Shown here in pieces: positions 24,547 through 37,033 of a stretch of 64,000 nucleotides of DNA. The notes under the pieces are model-generated. The model was not told the DNA's origin. It saw nothing but the letters and a program-made list of their open reading frames with translations, and did no database searches. The DNA is from Enoplolaimus lenunculus (taxonomy: Eukaryota). Location of the stretch: NCBI GenBank assembly GCA_030248215.1, contig JASANG010000932.1:1-64000 (forward strand), read 5' to 3'. Within the stretch, counting starts at the first letter, position 1; each line of letters opens with the position of its first letter. A program made the translations under genes and the position numbers.

Positions 24547-25429
24547 CGAGGGAAGGTAACTTTGGGGGGTGAGCATTATATCACCCCCGAAATCTCGTGA
24601 GTGGAACGACACAAAATGGATGCTTTTGCAGGATTTTGAATAACAAACTGGATCTTGGGTTGAAATATTGATCTTGTCGGTTTTTACGCTCACAGGCCAC
24701 AAAACTAATTTTCTATACCGGATTATTGGCTTTGGGTTAAAAATCAAATTTTGACTACGACCCTGAAAAATGTGAACCGATGCCATACAAAAACTATTCA
24801 AATGATGTAAGCAGACGAACGTTCAGCTTTGTACCAGAGCTAATACTTGATTTGCACGTCCTACACTGGCCAAAAGGTGGGATAGACCATCACACCCTGA
24901 AGGCACCCCTCGGAAAGTTTCGAAATATACAATTTAAGCAGGAAGTTTTAATTTAAAACAAAATAGGGTGTGTCTTTTCGGCTTGTAAACCTCCCGAGGA
25001 TAATAATGATGTCAAAAATTAGCCTGCAAATAAGCCTAAACCAACGTATGAGCAAAAAAAATTTGCCTAAAGCTAAAGCTAAATTCTGTTGCAATCGTGC
25101 AGAAACACGATCCGACCCTGACGGGTCTCCCAGATCCGCGGCTGGCCACAAGCTGGTGTCACAGATCAAAAAGCTGATTTTTCGACTGTAAAACTAAGCG
25201 ATAACTGTACGCTGCACATTTTAGCGAAAACTACAACGCCAAATTCAAAGAAACGAGATAACACAAGTTTTGGCCGTTCTAAATTTAGCATAGTACACAC
25301 GGATGATGCATACTTTGAAATTTTATCACTGTTTCGCGTTAAGCAAACAGTGTATTTTTCAGTACGAAAAACAGGAAAAAATTATATTTAAGTGAAATTT
25401 AAACTGCTTAAATTCTGTTAAGCGTAATA

Positions 25430-25869
25430 CTGTATTGACCCGAATAAAAGGGGGGGAATAAGAGGGGGGTCCCCATATTGAGTCCGAATCAATACGAGTC
25501 CGTATCCCTAATAAGAGTCCGTAAGTGGATAGAGTCCTTAAACCCTAATTAGAGTCTGTAAAGTTAATTAACCATAATTGTAGCGCATAAATGACTCCAG
25601 GCCAAACAATTTGAGTTCGAAACTTAAAGCGGACTTAAGTTTTGAAAATAAGAATCCAAGGTATAACCTTGCGTTATCGCTCAAACTTTTGATGCAAGGT
25701 AAAAAATGTTTAATTCAACGAATTTTTGCAATACCGAATATATATCTGTAACGAAGGGCGGAGGAGCGTTGGTTATAAATAAATAACAGTCCGTAACCAA
25801 ATAGTGGAGGGGTACCCTCTGGAGAGCCAAAATAAATATCAGTTTCCCCTCTTATTCGGGTCACTACAG
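25430..25869. mobile_element. MITE family D (inverted relative to the 19695 copy)
   Basis: TIRs; TA flanks. Confidence 0.85.
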
Positions 25870-26189
25870 TATGATTGCTTTTTGGAACTTTGTTTTCATA
25901 TTGCTTACTATTTGTACTGTCAGAAGTATTCCAGTTGGTGACAGGTCTTGTAACTTTTGCATCAAAGAAAATATACGACTCGACCAAGATGTACTGTGAT
26001 GCCAGAAATCTTAGAAGAAATGCATATTTCTTTGTTTGAATTCGTTTTATTTTCGGTTCCGGTTGTTTTATAATTGGTTCATTAAATGACATTAACCAAA
26101 ATTTTAGATATCGTATATATATATACGGATATAAATAATTGTCGTAACTGAATTACTGTTGGACGTTTTAGAAAAAAGCCAAAATTTAA

Positions 26190-26430
26190 ACGAATTTTCA
26201 GCTATTTCATCATTAAGTTTTGTGAAAACACATCTGAAAGAGTTTGTTAATAAAATTGAAGTGATTGCAAAAACACTCATGTTGAAATAACAATTTTTCA
26301 AAGACAAAGTTTCAGATATTGAAATGGTCAGAAATAATTTGCCACAAAACCGTAAAAATTCCAGTTCCAGCAGCTTTGAATGCAGAAACAGGAACAGGAA
26401 CACGAATTGAATTTATGCAGGAATTCCGGA
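26190..26430. repeat. Dispersed repeat; second copy ~37722-37960
   Basis: AATTTTCAGCTATTTC...CAGGAACAGGAAC..GAATTCCGG shared. Confidence 0.75.
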
Positions 26431-26487
26431 TTATATACTGTACAAGTTTGCGGATACGAAAGTAATACAGCGCACAATACAAGCACA

Positions 26488-26630
26488 GGGCCATGTAAAG
26501 ATCAGGAACGGAACGTTTTTATGTGGCACTGTAATAGTGTGACCTTAAGCTTTAGGTCAATTTTTCTGCTTATGCTTAGGTATAGGAATCTGCTTCTACT
26601 TCTGTTCCGGCCCTGTTCGATACATTGACC
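26488..26630. mobile_element. Short TTAGGC-MITE
   Basis: TIRs; TSD CAAGCACA/CAAAGACA. Confidence 0.75.
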
Positions 26631-27078
26631 CAAAGACAACTTACTGAATGTTAACACAGAATTTTGGGTTTGATCCATGTTGGTGGAAGTGTAAATGTTT
26701 ATTGCGAGTAGGCCCAACTCGAATACTCTACGAAGCCAAAGGGCTCATTCAGCATCGAGCATCGAGCTCTTAACTGAGTTGTGGTGGTGATGATAAACGC
26801 GTGCAATCCGACAGTTTCGGATTCGAATTCGAGTTGAAAGATAAGTTGGAGTTTAAATGAATGTGGCATAAACGGCTGACGTAGTTCGATTTTTGTTTTC
26901 GACTCCATGGCTATATACATGACCCACAATTTGAGCATATATATATATGTAAATGTATATATTTGGGTGAAATCGGAATTATCAAATACCGGAAACAGAA
27001 CCGGAACCGGAAAACAAACAATTTTCGTTACCGAGCAAAAATTTTTAACGCTATTTTATCGCTTTAACGGTGTATAAA

Positions 27079-27308
27079 CACTGTAAATTCTAGTGAGTTG
27101 ATTTTAACTCAGAATGAGTTGAATCACTCAGTCTGAGTTAGGACTATCCGAACTCACAATTCTGAGTTGATTGAACTCATTCTGATTTAATTAATTAGCT
27201 ATCCCAGAGTCAACTCAACTCAGAATGAGTTAAAGTTTATTTTTATTAACTCAGAAAAAAATAACTTTCCGTCTGAGTTGATTAATTAACTCATTGGAAT
27301 TTACAGTG
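27079..27308. mobile_element. CACTG-ended MITE family B (CMC/EnSpm-like, 2-bp TSD)
   Basis: TIR CACTGTAAATTC; AA TSD; many AACTCA/TGAGTT motifs. Confidence 0.8.
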
Positions 27309-27786
27309 AACACACAATTTAAGATACCAAAATCCTGAAACAAATGCAGTAGCCGGAAACGTATGATCAATTATAAAGTATGACACAAATTGAAAATTTT
27401 GACAATGCACACTCACACAATTTTAGAAAAATAAGTTAGAATAATATGTCAATTTTTCTTAAATTTTCAAATGAGTCAAAAAATTTTCAATACTAAAAAT
27501 ACCGGAAAATTCCGGTGAAAAAATACCGGACTTTCCTATCGGAACCAGAATTCTGGTTACACCCTGATATATATTCATCATGATACTTTGAAGGGTGCCC
27601 AGTTGCCTGAATGCGCTGTGCATCTATGAAATAGGCTTACGTCTTAACAAATAAATTTTTACACATAGGCTTATGGCTAAGACTTAGTTCTGGCATATCT
27701 ATTCACTGGCTTTATGATCCTAAGCCAAAGTGGTTCCGAAATTGTAAAAGTTCAATTTTATTAACTGGTGATAAATGCTACACATT

Positions 27787-28035
27787 CCCTGTAAATTCCA
27801 AAGAGTTGATTATAATTAATTCAGCTACCGAGTTGGTTATTTCTCATTTCATATCAGTAAACATTAACTCACTCAAAATTGAGTTGATTCTCAATCTGAG
27901 TTGCGTTGACTGTGAGTGAGTTGAGAACTCAGAATGAATTGAATCAACTAAAAATTATGAGTTCTAGTAGTCCTGATTCAGACTCAGTGATTCAGCTCAT
28001 TCTGAGTTAAAATCAACTCACTAAAATTTACAGTG
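27787..28035. mobile_element. MITE family B
   Basis: Same TIRs; TT TSD. Confidence 0.8.
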
Positions 28036-28879
28036 TTTGAGACTATGGCTTTACCGCTGTGATATTTTGCAATTAAAAGATAGCAATGTTGTCGTGGTGT
28101 ATTTTATGCGTATCGCTGAAGAGTGAGCAACATAATCAGCAATATTTATACAGGTGGAACGGGTGTTTTTTGCCTGCTCAACCAAGTTGGTTCTCAAATT
28201 TTGGAAAATTTTACATTCGGACACCAAAGAGACCAATATATATATGTATGTATGTATATTTATATATGTATATAACTGTATATATACATATAAACATATA
28301 TGAATATTTATATATCACAGTTCCGTAGCCAAGGTGAGCCAGGGGGTGCTTAGTGCCCACTGACAAAATGTTTCCTCCCTAGAAAAGTTTCAACCTTGCG
28401 TGCATGTCATCAAAAACCCTTGGATGTCCCTCCTGAAAAACATTTTCAGCCCCCGTCAAGCAAGGTTGCTGGCTACGAGCCTGCTGTATCAAAAAATATT
28501 TATATTTTGCTAATTATGTATCAAACACATACATTTATATAAATAAATAAATAAATAAATATATAAATAAATATATGTATAGAAATCAATAAATATATAT
28601 ATATATAATGCACAATAATTGCAAAAATGGTGAATCAGTGCAATATTTATTTGGAAGTTTGCGATGATTGCAAAACTGTCGTTTGGGGTGTTTTTGGGCC
28701 AAAATTGTGGGCTTTAAAAAGTGATATTAAACGGCTGAATCTGGTAACATTTTTAAATATTAAATTGTTGTGGTTGGTTTCATTTTGGTATATTTTATTC
28801 CGGTACCGTAAACGGCATTAACCAGTGTGAAACGAACGGAGCAGTTGTATTTGTAATCATAATTCCGGTAGAACCCTGT

Positions 28880-29349
28880 GGGTTGGGCTGTATAATTGTC
28901 ACCCGTCCGGCGCCATCGATCAACTGTCCGCTGCTGTCCATCATTTGTCCGGTGCCGTCTGTCAACTGTCCGGTGCCGTCCGTCAACTGTCCGCTGCTGT
29001 CCATCATTTGTCCGGTGCCGTCCGTCAACTGTCCGCTGCTGTCCATCATTTGTCCGGTGCCGTTCGTCAGCTGTACGGTGCCGTCCGCCACCTGTCCGGT
29101 GCCGTCCGCCACCTGTCCGGTGCCGTCCGCCACCTGTCCGGTGCCGTCCGCCACCTGTCCGGTGCCGTCCGTCACCGGTACGGCGCCGTCGGTTACCGTG
29201 CATCACACGTACGTCACCGTTCGTCACTGTGGCGTCACCTGTACAGAGCCGTCAGTCGCCGGTGCGATATCGTACGTGTAAGTCGCGTACGATACCGCGC
29301 CACGATGCACGGTGACGGACGGCGCCGGACGACAAGTATAGCGCCACCC
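28880..29349. mobile_element. MITE family E with internal 21/42-bp minisatellite expansion
   Basis: Right end ACAAGTATAGCGCCACCC; GGTGCCGTCCGCCACCTGTCC repeats. Confidence 0.75.
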
Positions 29350-29487
29350 TAAACATTGACATAGCTATGGTTTTTGGTTTAAATGTGTTTATATTTTTGA
29401 ATAATAAAATTTCTTACACTTTTTTAATTTAAAATTTATCAAACGACTCAAATTTTGCGTCTTACGTTGTCAAATTGGTGACCTTCT

Positions 29488-29587
29488 AAATTTAACTCAA
29501 CTTTCTCAAATTTAACTCAACTTTCTCAAATTTAACTCAACTTTCTCAAATTTAACTCAACTTTCTCAAATTTAACTCAACTTTCTG
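29488..29587. repeat. 20-bp tandem repeat x5 (AAATTTAACTCAACTTTCTC)
   Basis: Perfect copies. Confidence 0.95.
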
Positions 29588-30142
29588 ATTTCGTTTCGAC
29601 GAGTTTTGTGTCGATTTTGTGAAATCGACCGTTGTTTAACCAGTTGAGTATTTGAAAACCTATTACTAACTGATGATAAATGCAACCATGAGTTGAGGAT
29701 GATGATGATGAGATGTTGACAAGAGTGTGCAACTTCCGCACCATTGCGTGGAACAAAATGTACCACCGGACGTTGCGTTTTAGTCCGACCCCTTCAATTT
29801 TTAGGGGTGTAGTTTCCTGTAAAACATAAATTATACTTAACATCTAAATGACATAACTGGAGCAATTCTACGGTGTTGAAAATTACGTTCGCTCTCCCAT
29901 GAGGGGGGTAAAAACGCAACGCGGACTGGGTACATTCTTTTACACACAGAATCATACTTCTTGCATGCTGCTGTATAAGACTGATCATTAACTCGTGGAG
30001 TTATATACCGGTTAAGATACGGCTCCAGGTTCAAGGTAACTATTTTAACCAGCTAATGGATCCTCTATACACCAGCTAATTTTGAAGCTGTCAGTAGGTG
30101 CCAGAACATCCAGATTTTCCCATTGTTCAGGATAGAAAATTC

Positions 30143-30333
30143 GGCCCATCTTACTTTAAGGGGCGTCCAGGGTTGTGGTGGGTCTATAAAAGAGTATGTT
30201 TAGATTATAGATAACATATTTTTGCTTAGGCTTAGGCTTAAGCTTAGAAACTCATTTTTGCAACGCTTAGGCTTAGGCTTAGGCTTAGGAATACGCTTAA
30301 TCTACTGTTACGCCCCTTAAAGTAACAGTGGCC
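30143..30333. mobile_element. TTAGGC-MITE subfamily 2
   Basis: TIR GGCCCAT.TTACTTTAAGGGGCGT; TSD GAAAATTC/GAAAATTT. Confidence 0.85.
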
Positions 30334-31036
30334 GAAAATTTCGCAAAAAACAATAAAAAAATTGTATTAAACTCTTACAAATTATTAAAATTGCATTTAA
30401 CTTCTCGCTCGCTTCGCTTGTAAACTTTCTTCGCCGTTTAATAACGCGGCCTCAGCGTCGATGATACACTTGTTTTTAGGTCAGCTACTGCGTATTAACT
30501 GGAGTTGAAACAGCCATCTTAACTGTGTTACTGAAGCCATGTATACTTTTATCATATATATAAATGTTGGTGTTTTTAGAATCTAATATTTTTCAAAAAG
30601 TGGGTTATAACATTTAGATAAAATTAAATTTAATATTTTCTTTCTCTTAATTTTGCTTAATAAAGTAAGTGAAATTGGTCGAATGCTGTGGAAACTGCTA
30701 ATATATTTATTTATTTATTTATTTATTTATTGATTTATTTATGTCTTTAAGCATAATCCTAAGCGTAATTCTAAGCGTAAGCCTATCCGTAATGATGAGC
30801 GACAAATTGTCGAGTCGATGAAATTTCGGATTACAAGCTGACGGGTTTTACAAATTGTAAGGCGACGAATTGTCGTGATACCAGCTTAAACCCGAAGTGG
30901 GTGGTCACAAATTCGGAACTTAAGTCTGCAAAACAGGTGGCAGTATGTCGTGTAGTTTCCTTATTAAAACCTATTCACGTAGTCCATGTACCTTGTCAAC
31001 GGGAACAAAAACGAAATATTGAGGGCCATACCAGTA

Positions 31037-31482
31037 CTCAAGTGACCCGAATAAGAGGGTGGGACTGATATTTATTTGGCTTCTTCAGAGAGTACCTCCG
31101 CCTGTTATTCGGTTACGGACTGTTATTTATTTTCTACCCGCCCTCCGCCACCCTTAGTTACCGATATATATCCGTTGTTGCAACTATCCATTGAATTAAA
31201 CGTTTATTTGTCTTGTGTAAATAGCTTGAGCGATAATGCAAAGTTATACTTAGGAAAGTACTTTCAAAACTTAAATACGCTTTAAAGTTTCGAACTCAAC
31301 TTTATTTGGTCCTGAAGTCATCTATGCGTTACAATTATGGATAATTGACATTTATGGAGTCTAATTAGGGTTCATGGGACTCTATCCATTTACGGACTCT
31401 CATTCGGGATACAGACTCCTATTGATTGCGACTCAAAATGGGAACCCCCTCTTATTACCCCTCTCTTATTCGGGTAACTACA
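31037..31482. mobile_element. MITE family D
   Basis: AGTGACCCGAATAAGAGGG ... CTCTTATTCGGGTAACTAC. Confidence 0.8.
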
Positions 31483-32191
31483 TACAAGGGTCAGAAAAAG
31501 TTTTTTCATAAAAAAGGGTCAGTCGTTCGTTTTTAACGTCTGATTACAACATTAATCCTAATCGTACGCCCTGACCAATCAGGTTTGTTTTCTGGTGTGG
31601 TGGAAAAACATTTTACAAAGGCGTAAGGCGACCTCAAGTATATGTTTCACCTGTCATTAGGTGCTGATACGTCCTGTAAATTTTGAACCAGACAGCCGAA
31701 AATAAATATTTAGGCAAATTATTTCACATTTAACTGGTTCTACTTATAAGCTAAGTTTGACCAGTTGTAGCGGTCGTCGTTCGCTTGTTATGGAACAAGG
31801 CCGGACCATTTTGCAGAGGGGCTATAATAGAGTCAGTTGTTTAAGCTTTAGACTAATTTTTTGCTTAGGCTTAGGCTTAGGCTTAGGATTAGGCTTAGGA
31901 CTATGCTTATACTACTATAAGTCAGAAAGTTATAAGGCGCCGCCTACCCTCGGCAACCTTCTGCTTATGCGATTCAAAAATGTTCGAATGCGTCGTACTA
32001 TGCTCAGTCCGCGACTGGTGTAGGTTCGTTCCAAAGTCACCAACACAGGGAATCACGGGGATCCGCAAAATCAGTAGTTTCCCCAATATAACTGAGTCGG
32101 ATTGTCCACACCTTTCGAGACCAGCATCTATACATGGGCCAAACTGGTAATAGGGGCTAGACATATTTGAGAATGCAGGTGTTCAATAGAC

Positions 32192-32198
32192 TTTTCAG
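32192..32198 (+). promoter_or_regulatory. TTTTCAG splice acceptor 3 nt before the ATG (candidate trans-splice or 5'UTR-intron acceptor)
   Basis: Perfect nematode-type acceptor consensus adjacent to the start codon. Confidence 0.55.
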
Positions 32199-32201
32199 AC
32201 A

Positions 32202-32810
32202 ATGTCCGACTACAACATCTACCACACTATGCGTCCTCGACGATCAGGATCGTTCACAGGTGCCGTCACACAATACTACCTGCCCCACCCGAAAGAATCT
32301 CGGCCACGCCTGTTTCGTTCGTCGAGTACCACTGGATTTTCGTCAAATTCAACACATTTCCCGTTGCGAGCCCGGTCACCCTACATTAGCGCTGGGTCGT
32401 ACGCAGAACGCCACCCAGCGTCGCATTTAGAATACGGCTACAATCGGCCGTCAGGCGAAGCGATCATTGCCGTAGACCGCCATTTAGGCCGTGATCACTA
32501 TTCGAACAAACGCGGTCCGTACGCCAAATATCTAAATTCGTGGATGAACGTGTTTTCGGCGAATTTAGCTATTCGGCCGTCGTACGGCGGTGCGATGTAT
32601 AGCCGGCCGTGGGTGTCAGCGCTCACAAAGCGAGCGGTGCCACTGGACACTGCTCACGCCGTCGCGAGCTATCAACAGTTTAAGACGTTCGGTGCCGGAG
32701 ACCGGAGCCATTATAAGCCAGCTTATTGGGCGTCGAAACGTGACCACGAATTTGCGAAAGCAATCGACTTATCAGAACAAGGATTTTCTTACTATAATCA
32801 ACGACAATAG
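32202..32810 (+). CDS. Uncharacterised 202-aa Tyr/Arg/Ser-rich protein, single coding exon
   Basis: Non-repetitive ORF, more GC-rich than its flanks, preceded by TTTTCAG-ACA-ATG. Confidence 0.75.
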   Translation: MSDYNIYHTMRPRRSGSFTGAVTQYYLPHPKESRPRLFRSSSTTGFSSNSTHFPLRARSPYISAGSYAERHPASHLEYGYNRPSGEAIIAVDRHLGRDHYSNKRGPYAKYLNSWMNVFSANLAIRPSYGGAMYSRPWVSALTKRAVPLDTAHAVASYQQFKTFGAGDRSHYKPAYWASKRDHEFAKAIDLSEQGFSYYNQRQ

Positions 32811-33269
32811 AAAACAACAAATTGTGGATACAGATCGAATTATTGATTATTTTACTTAAGCTGCATCGACCAACTCTGCTAAACAGTTTTTGTTCATAAG
32901 CCTAAGCCTAAGCCTATGTCTAACGATAAACCTGGTGAAGCTTATAATTTAAAAAAATGACCCGAATTTCACTTGCTTATCTGATTGTACTACAAATTAA
33001 AGCGGTGCTGAAAGATTTATTGGTAATATTTTGTAAAATGTTCATGGTAACTTTAAGACCAACATACACTGCAAAAATGGTGAGTCAAATTGACTGTCTT
33101 TGAAACAGGCTCTACGAGACTGCACAAATTGAGTCAAATTCGACTCCGCCAGATTCAAATTCGACTCTTCTTATCAGAATGATAACTGTCCGTTACAAAC
33201 TTACTTTTAGTCTTCATAAAAAAACTTGGGTTCACTACTTCCGATGTAGCAAACCTTCCATTGCCAACC

Positions 33270-33662
33270 GGAACAAGGCGGGAACAGTAGTATTAGCATA
33301 TTATTAATCTCAAGCCTAAGGCTACACTGCAAAAAATGGTGAGTCAAATTGACTCTCTTCGAAATAGGCTTTTCCTGACAACACAAACTGACTCACCTTT
33401 TTTGCAGTGAGCCTAAGTATAACTGTAAGCCTAAGAGTAAGAATGAGCTTATGCATAAGCCCAAGCGTAAGCCTATAATAATCGCAAGAATGAGCATATA
33501 CACCAACTTAAGCCAAAGCTTCAAGCATAAACCTAAGCTTAAAGCGTAAGACTGTGCGTGTACATAAGTTTACTAAGTATAAGGGAAAAATTAGTCTTAT
33601 CTTAACCTGACCCTATTGCAGTCCCTCACAAAAAAGTTCCGCCCCTGATCTTTAAATGGGCC
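33270..33662. mobile_element. TTAGGC-MITE interrupted by a CACTG family C element (33325-33409)
   Basis: Right TIR CCGCCCCTGATCTTTAAATGGGCC; nested CACTGCAAAAAATGGTGAGTC...GACTCACCTTTTTTGCAGTG. Confidence 0.75.
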
Positions 33663-33961
33663 ATAGTTCCGTCTAAGTTGATTAATTAACTCATTGGAAT
33701 TTACAGTGTACCTAATGCGGCGTTCACGTTATAACTCTGGCAGTTTGGAACACGTTTTGTCCAAGTTGATTCGACGTCAACATAAAATTTTGTGATCCGA
33801 ATAGCGGTTATGTAGACCAAATGTGAATTTCATATGACATTGGTTTACAAATCACTGATGTCAAGCGATCATCGTATACAAATTACCATTTGTCATATGA
33901 TACTGCGGGACATTTATGCGAATATCATATGATATTCCAAAATTCTACTAAATGTTGGACT

Positions 33962-34105
33962 GGGCCGGAACAGTAGTGTAAGCATATTCCTAAGCCTAAG
34001 CGTAAGCCTAAGAGTAAACCTAAGCAAAAAAGTTAGTCTAAAGCTTAAACTGACGCTATTACAGCCCGGCCGAAAAACGATCTGGCCCTGTTCTATGCAT
34101 GGGCC
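33962..34105. mobile_element. TTAGGC-MITE, left-truncated
   Basis: Right TIR CCCTGTTCTATGCATGGGCC. Confidence 0.75.
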
Positions 34106-34567
34106 CATAGCAGCATACTCAAGTCTTACAAATCTATTCGTAGTGTAAGGAACTCAAACCATAGAAAATAGATCTGGCATATTTAATAACTAAAGTTGAA
34201 TTAAAAACTAAAAGCCTGGAAACGAATAGAGAAACGTACTTTTTGAGATGCGAACTAACTATCACTTACCACCTCTTTTTCGGGTCACTACAGTACAAAC
34301 GACGTTTATTTTCAATTTTGGATACACTATAATACATCTTGGCTGGCTTAGAATACTTTTCGTGCTATGAAATTTTACATTAGTCAAACTATAAAGCACA
34401 GTTGGACATGAGTCAGTGAGTGTTGGGTTAAACTTTGGAGAAATTTGATGAATCATTGGTCTTCCTAGGTTGGACCATGTAATTTCCGTTTCGATTACAA
34501 ATCAGTGTCCGTTTCCGTTTTGGAAATACTAAAAAAAACGCTATTTTTTAGCCTTTTGCTGTCTTAA

Positions 34568-35488
34568 TCCTTTCTCACATGAATATTTTCGATTTTCCCT
34601 GAGACCTACTTTTATGCTAGGATTCGAACTCCAGTGACTGGAGTGGGAGGCGAATACCATCACCACTCAGCAATAGGAGCTTGACGCTCGAGCCCGAGGG
34701 GACTCTCACGTCTTGTGGTGATTTAGTACTATGTATACGTGTTGCAATTGTTAAACACGGTGCGATATATATATTATTTAACGTATATACACTGCGCTGA
34801 GTTGCCACAGGCAACTCAATGTGAGAAGGGGTTATAGATAGTATTACACTGAAAATCTTTCGCTTAAAGATAGTAAACTGAAAATCTTTCGCTTAACCCT
34901 TTCTCACATGAATATTTTCTATTTCCCCTGAGACCTACTTTTATGCTAGGATTCGAACTCCAGTGACTGGAGTGGGAGGCCTATACCATCACCACTCAGC
35001 TATGGGAGCTTGACGCTCGAGCCCGAGGGGGCTCTCACGTCTTGTGGTGATTTAGTACTATGTATACGTGTTGCAATTGTTAAACACGGTGCGATATATA
35101 TATTATTTAACGTATATACACTGCGCTGATTTGCCACAGGCAACTCAATGTGAGAAGGGGTTATAGATAGTATTACACTGAAAATCTTTCGCTTAAAGAT
35201 AGTAAACTGAAAATCTTTCGCTTAACCCTTTCTCACATGAATATTTTCTATTTCCCCTGAGACCTGCTTTTATGCTAGGATTCGAACTCCAGTGACTGGA
35301 GTGGGAGGCCTATACCATCACCACTCAGCTATGGGAGCTTGACGCTCGAGCCCGAGGGGGCTCTCACGTCTTGTGGTGATTTAGTACTATGTATACGTGT
35401 TGCAATTGTTAAACACGGTGCAATATATACTATTTAACGTATATACACTGCGCTGAGTTGCCTACAGGCAACTCAATGTGAGAAGGGG
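34568..35488. mobile_element. Tandem array (3 copies, period 329 bp) of a ~264-bp piggyBac-like non-autonomous element
   Basis: Units 34568-34831, 34897-35160, 35226-35488; TIR CCCTTTCTCACAT / ATGTGAGAAGGGG; TTAA at both outer ends. Confidence 0.8.
34943..35010 (-). pseudogene. tRNA-like Pol III cassette inside the piggyBac-like unit (also in copies 1 and 3)
   Basis: A box TAGCTGAGTGG, B box GAGTTCGAATCC, loop-like GCCTCCCAC; acceptor and anticodon stems do not pair properly. Confidence 0.6.
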
Positions 35489-35935
35489 TTAAGCTTGAAC
35501 GCTTAAATATCCGTTTTTCGTTTCCGTTATTTTAATCTTTATTTGCCTGTAATTACACCCAGGGCCTGGGTCATACATCATGACTACTTTTCAACTCTAA
35601 AATATCTTCCATTGATTTATAAATGGTCAGATTTGAGTCCCCGGTTGCCATTTAACTGTCCAGATCAGCCAGGGCAAATGATTAATTGATGATTTCAGTA
35701 TCAAAAAGATGCGACTTTATTACTGAATAAAGTACAACTATACAGTACTCTAAATAACGAAACGTGTGACCTAAATCTTAAATTTGGTCAAAAAACGCCT
35801 TTGCGGAATACAAAATTTTTTAATTCCGATTCAAATTTTTTTACTTAAAATTCGATACATCGTCGCCCTGCGATGCTGTGTAAAATTGTGATAAATTTGT
35901 CAAAAATAAAATTATTAGTTTTCCATAAAAATCTC

Positions 35936-36127
35936 CGCCCATGACACTTTAAGGGGCGTCCAAGTTTCTGATGGATCCACGAAACAGTTTAGATTCTAGA
36001 TTACATTTTTTGCTTAGGCTTAGGCTTATGCTTATAGGCTTACGAACACATTTTTTGCAACGCTTAGGCTTAGGCTTAGGAATACGCTTAATCTACTGTT
36101 AATACGCCCCTTAAAGTAACATTGACC
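35936..36127. mobile_element. TTAGGC-MITE subfamily 2
   Basis: TIRs; TSD AAAATCTC/AAAATCTT. Confidence 0.85.
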
Positions 36128-36837
36128 AAAATCTTAAAGTATCACTCACAAAATTAAATTTTTTAATTTAAAGACTGTATGAAACAGTTGTTACGCATGT
36201 GTTTTATGTAAAAAGTGTGTATCAGTGACACTGCGTGGATTTGATTTCATGAGACTATGATCATCATTTGAAAATTTATGGCGGTGCGAGCGGAAACATT
36301 TTTTAATTTCGATTAAAATTCAGCAGAATATGTGAGACAGTCCGAAATGTAATTTTAATAATTTGACAAAATTCACTTTTTTCCGTTATATACAGCCCCT
36401 AGGAACAGTAATTAATAGCGGCGAGAAGGAATACGGATCCCCGTAGGAATTTAATAAAATATAGTTCATTTTATAGATTTTGACGCGCTAAGTTCAACGA
36501 TACCATTTTTAGCGCTGCAGGGTCCCCGGTTCAATAGTTATGGGCGACTTAAATTACAACTTTTTACTATATAATACATGTACAAACACTAATGAATTTT
36601 GTATAAACCTGGTAAAGCTTATATTTTACAAACATGTGAATGATAAGTACTTCCTGTTCCAATCTGCGCGTGTTTGCACTATAATATCGGTTATTTATAT
36701 ATATGACATAAGAACACCATTTTTTGCATAGAAGATTATCAGATATGTTCGTCAGGATTGCATCATTTTGTTTTGATAAACTTCTCCCAAATTTTTTCTT
36801 AAAATAAACAAAAAACAATTATTAATTAAACAATATT

Positions 36838-37033
36838 GGCCCATGTTAAGATCAAAGGCGGAACGTTTTTCTGTGGGACTTGAATAGAGTAAGCTTAAGC
36901 TTTAAATTAATTTTTTGATTGACTTAGGCTTACACTGTAAAAAATGGTGAGTCAGATTGCCTCTCTCCGAAATAGGCTCTACGGGACTACACAAACTGAG
37001 TTAAATTCGACTCCGCCAGAGTGTTTGACCGGT
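36838..37033. mobile_element. Left half of a TTAGGC-MITE joined to the left half of a family C element (from 36933)
   Basis: GGCCCATGTTAAGATC...TTAGGCTTA directly followed by CACTGTAAAAAATGGTGAGTC. Confidence 0.75.

Noticed and set aside
26699..26938. Possible minus-strand exon
   Set aside because: No homology and no phase-compatible partner exon found
28760..29352. Several overlapping repeat ORFs (RHRTGGG, CPVPSAT)
   Set aside because: 21-bp minisatellite within a family E MITE; open in many frames by construction
30480..30540. Possible small + strand exon (TTTTTAG...GTATAC)
   Set aside because: Splice-like signals only, with no recognisable product or partner exons
34568..35488. CRISPR-like array or functional tRNA gene cluster
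   Set aside because: Eukaryotic context with identical spacers; the tRNA-like part lacks proper acceptor and anticodon stems
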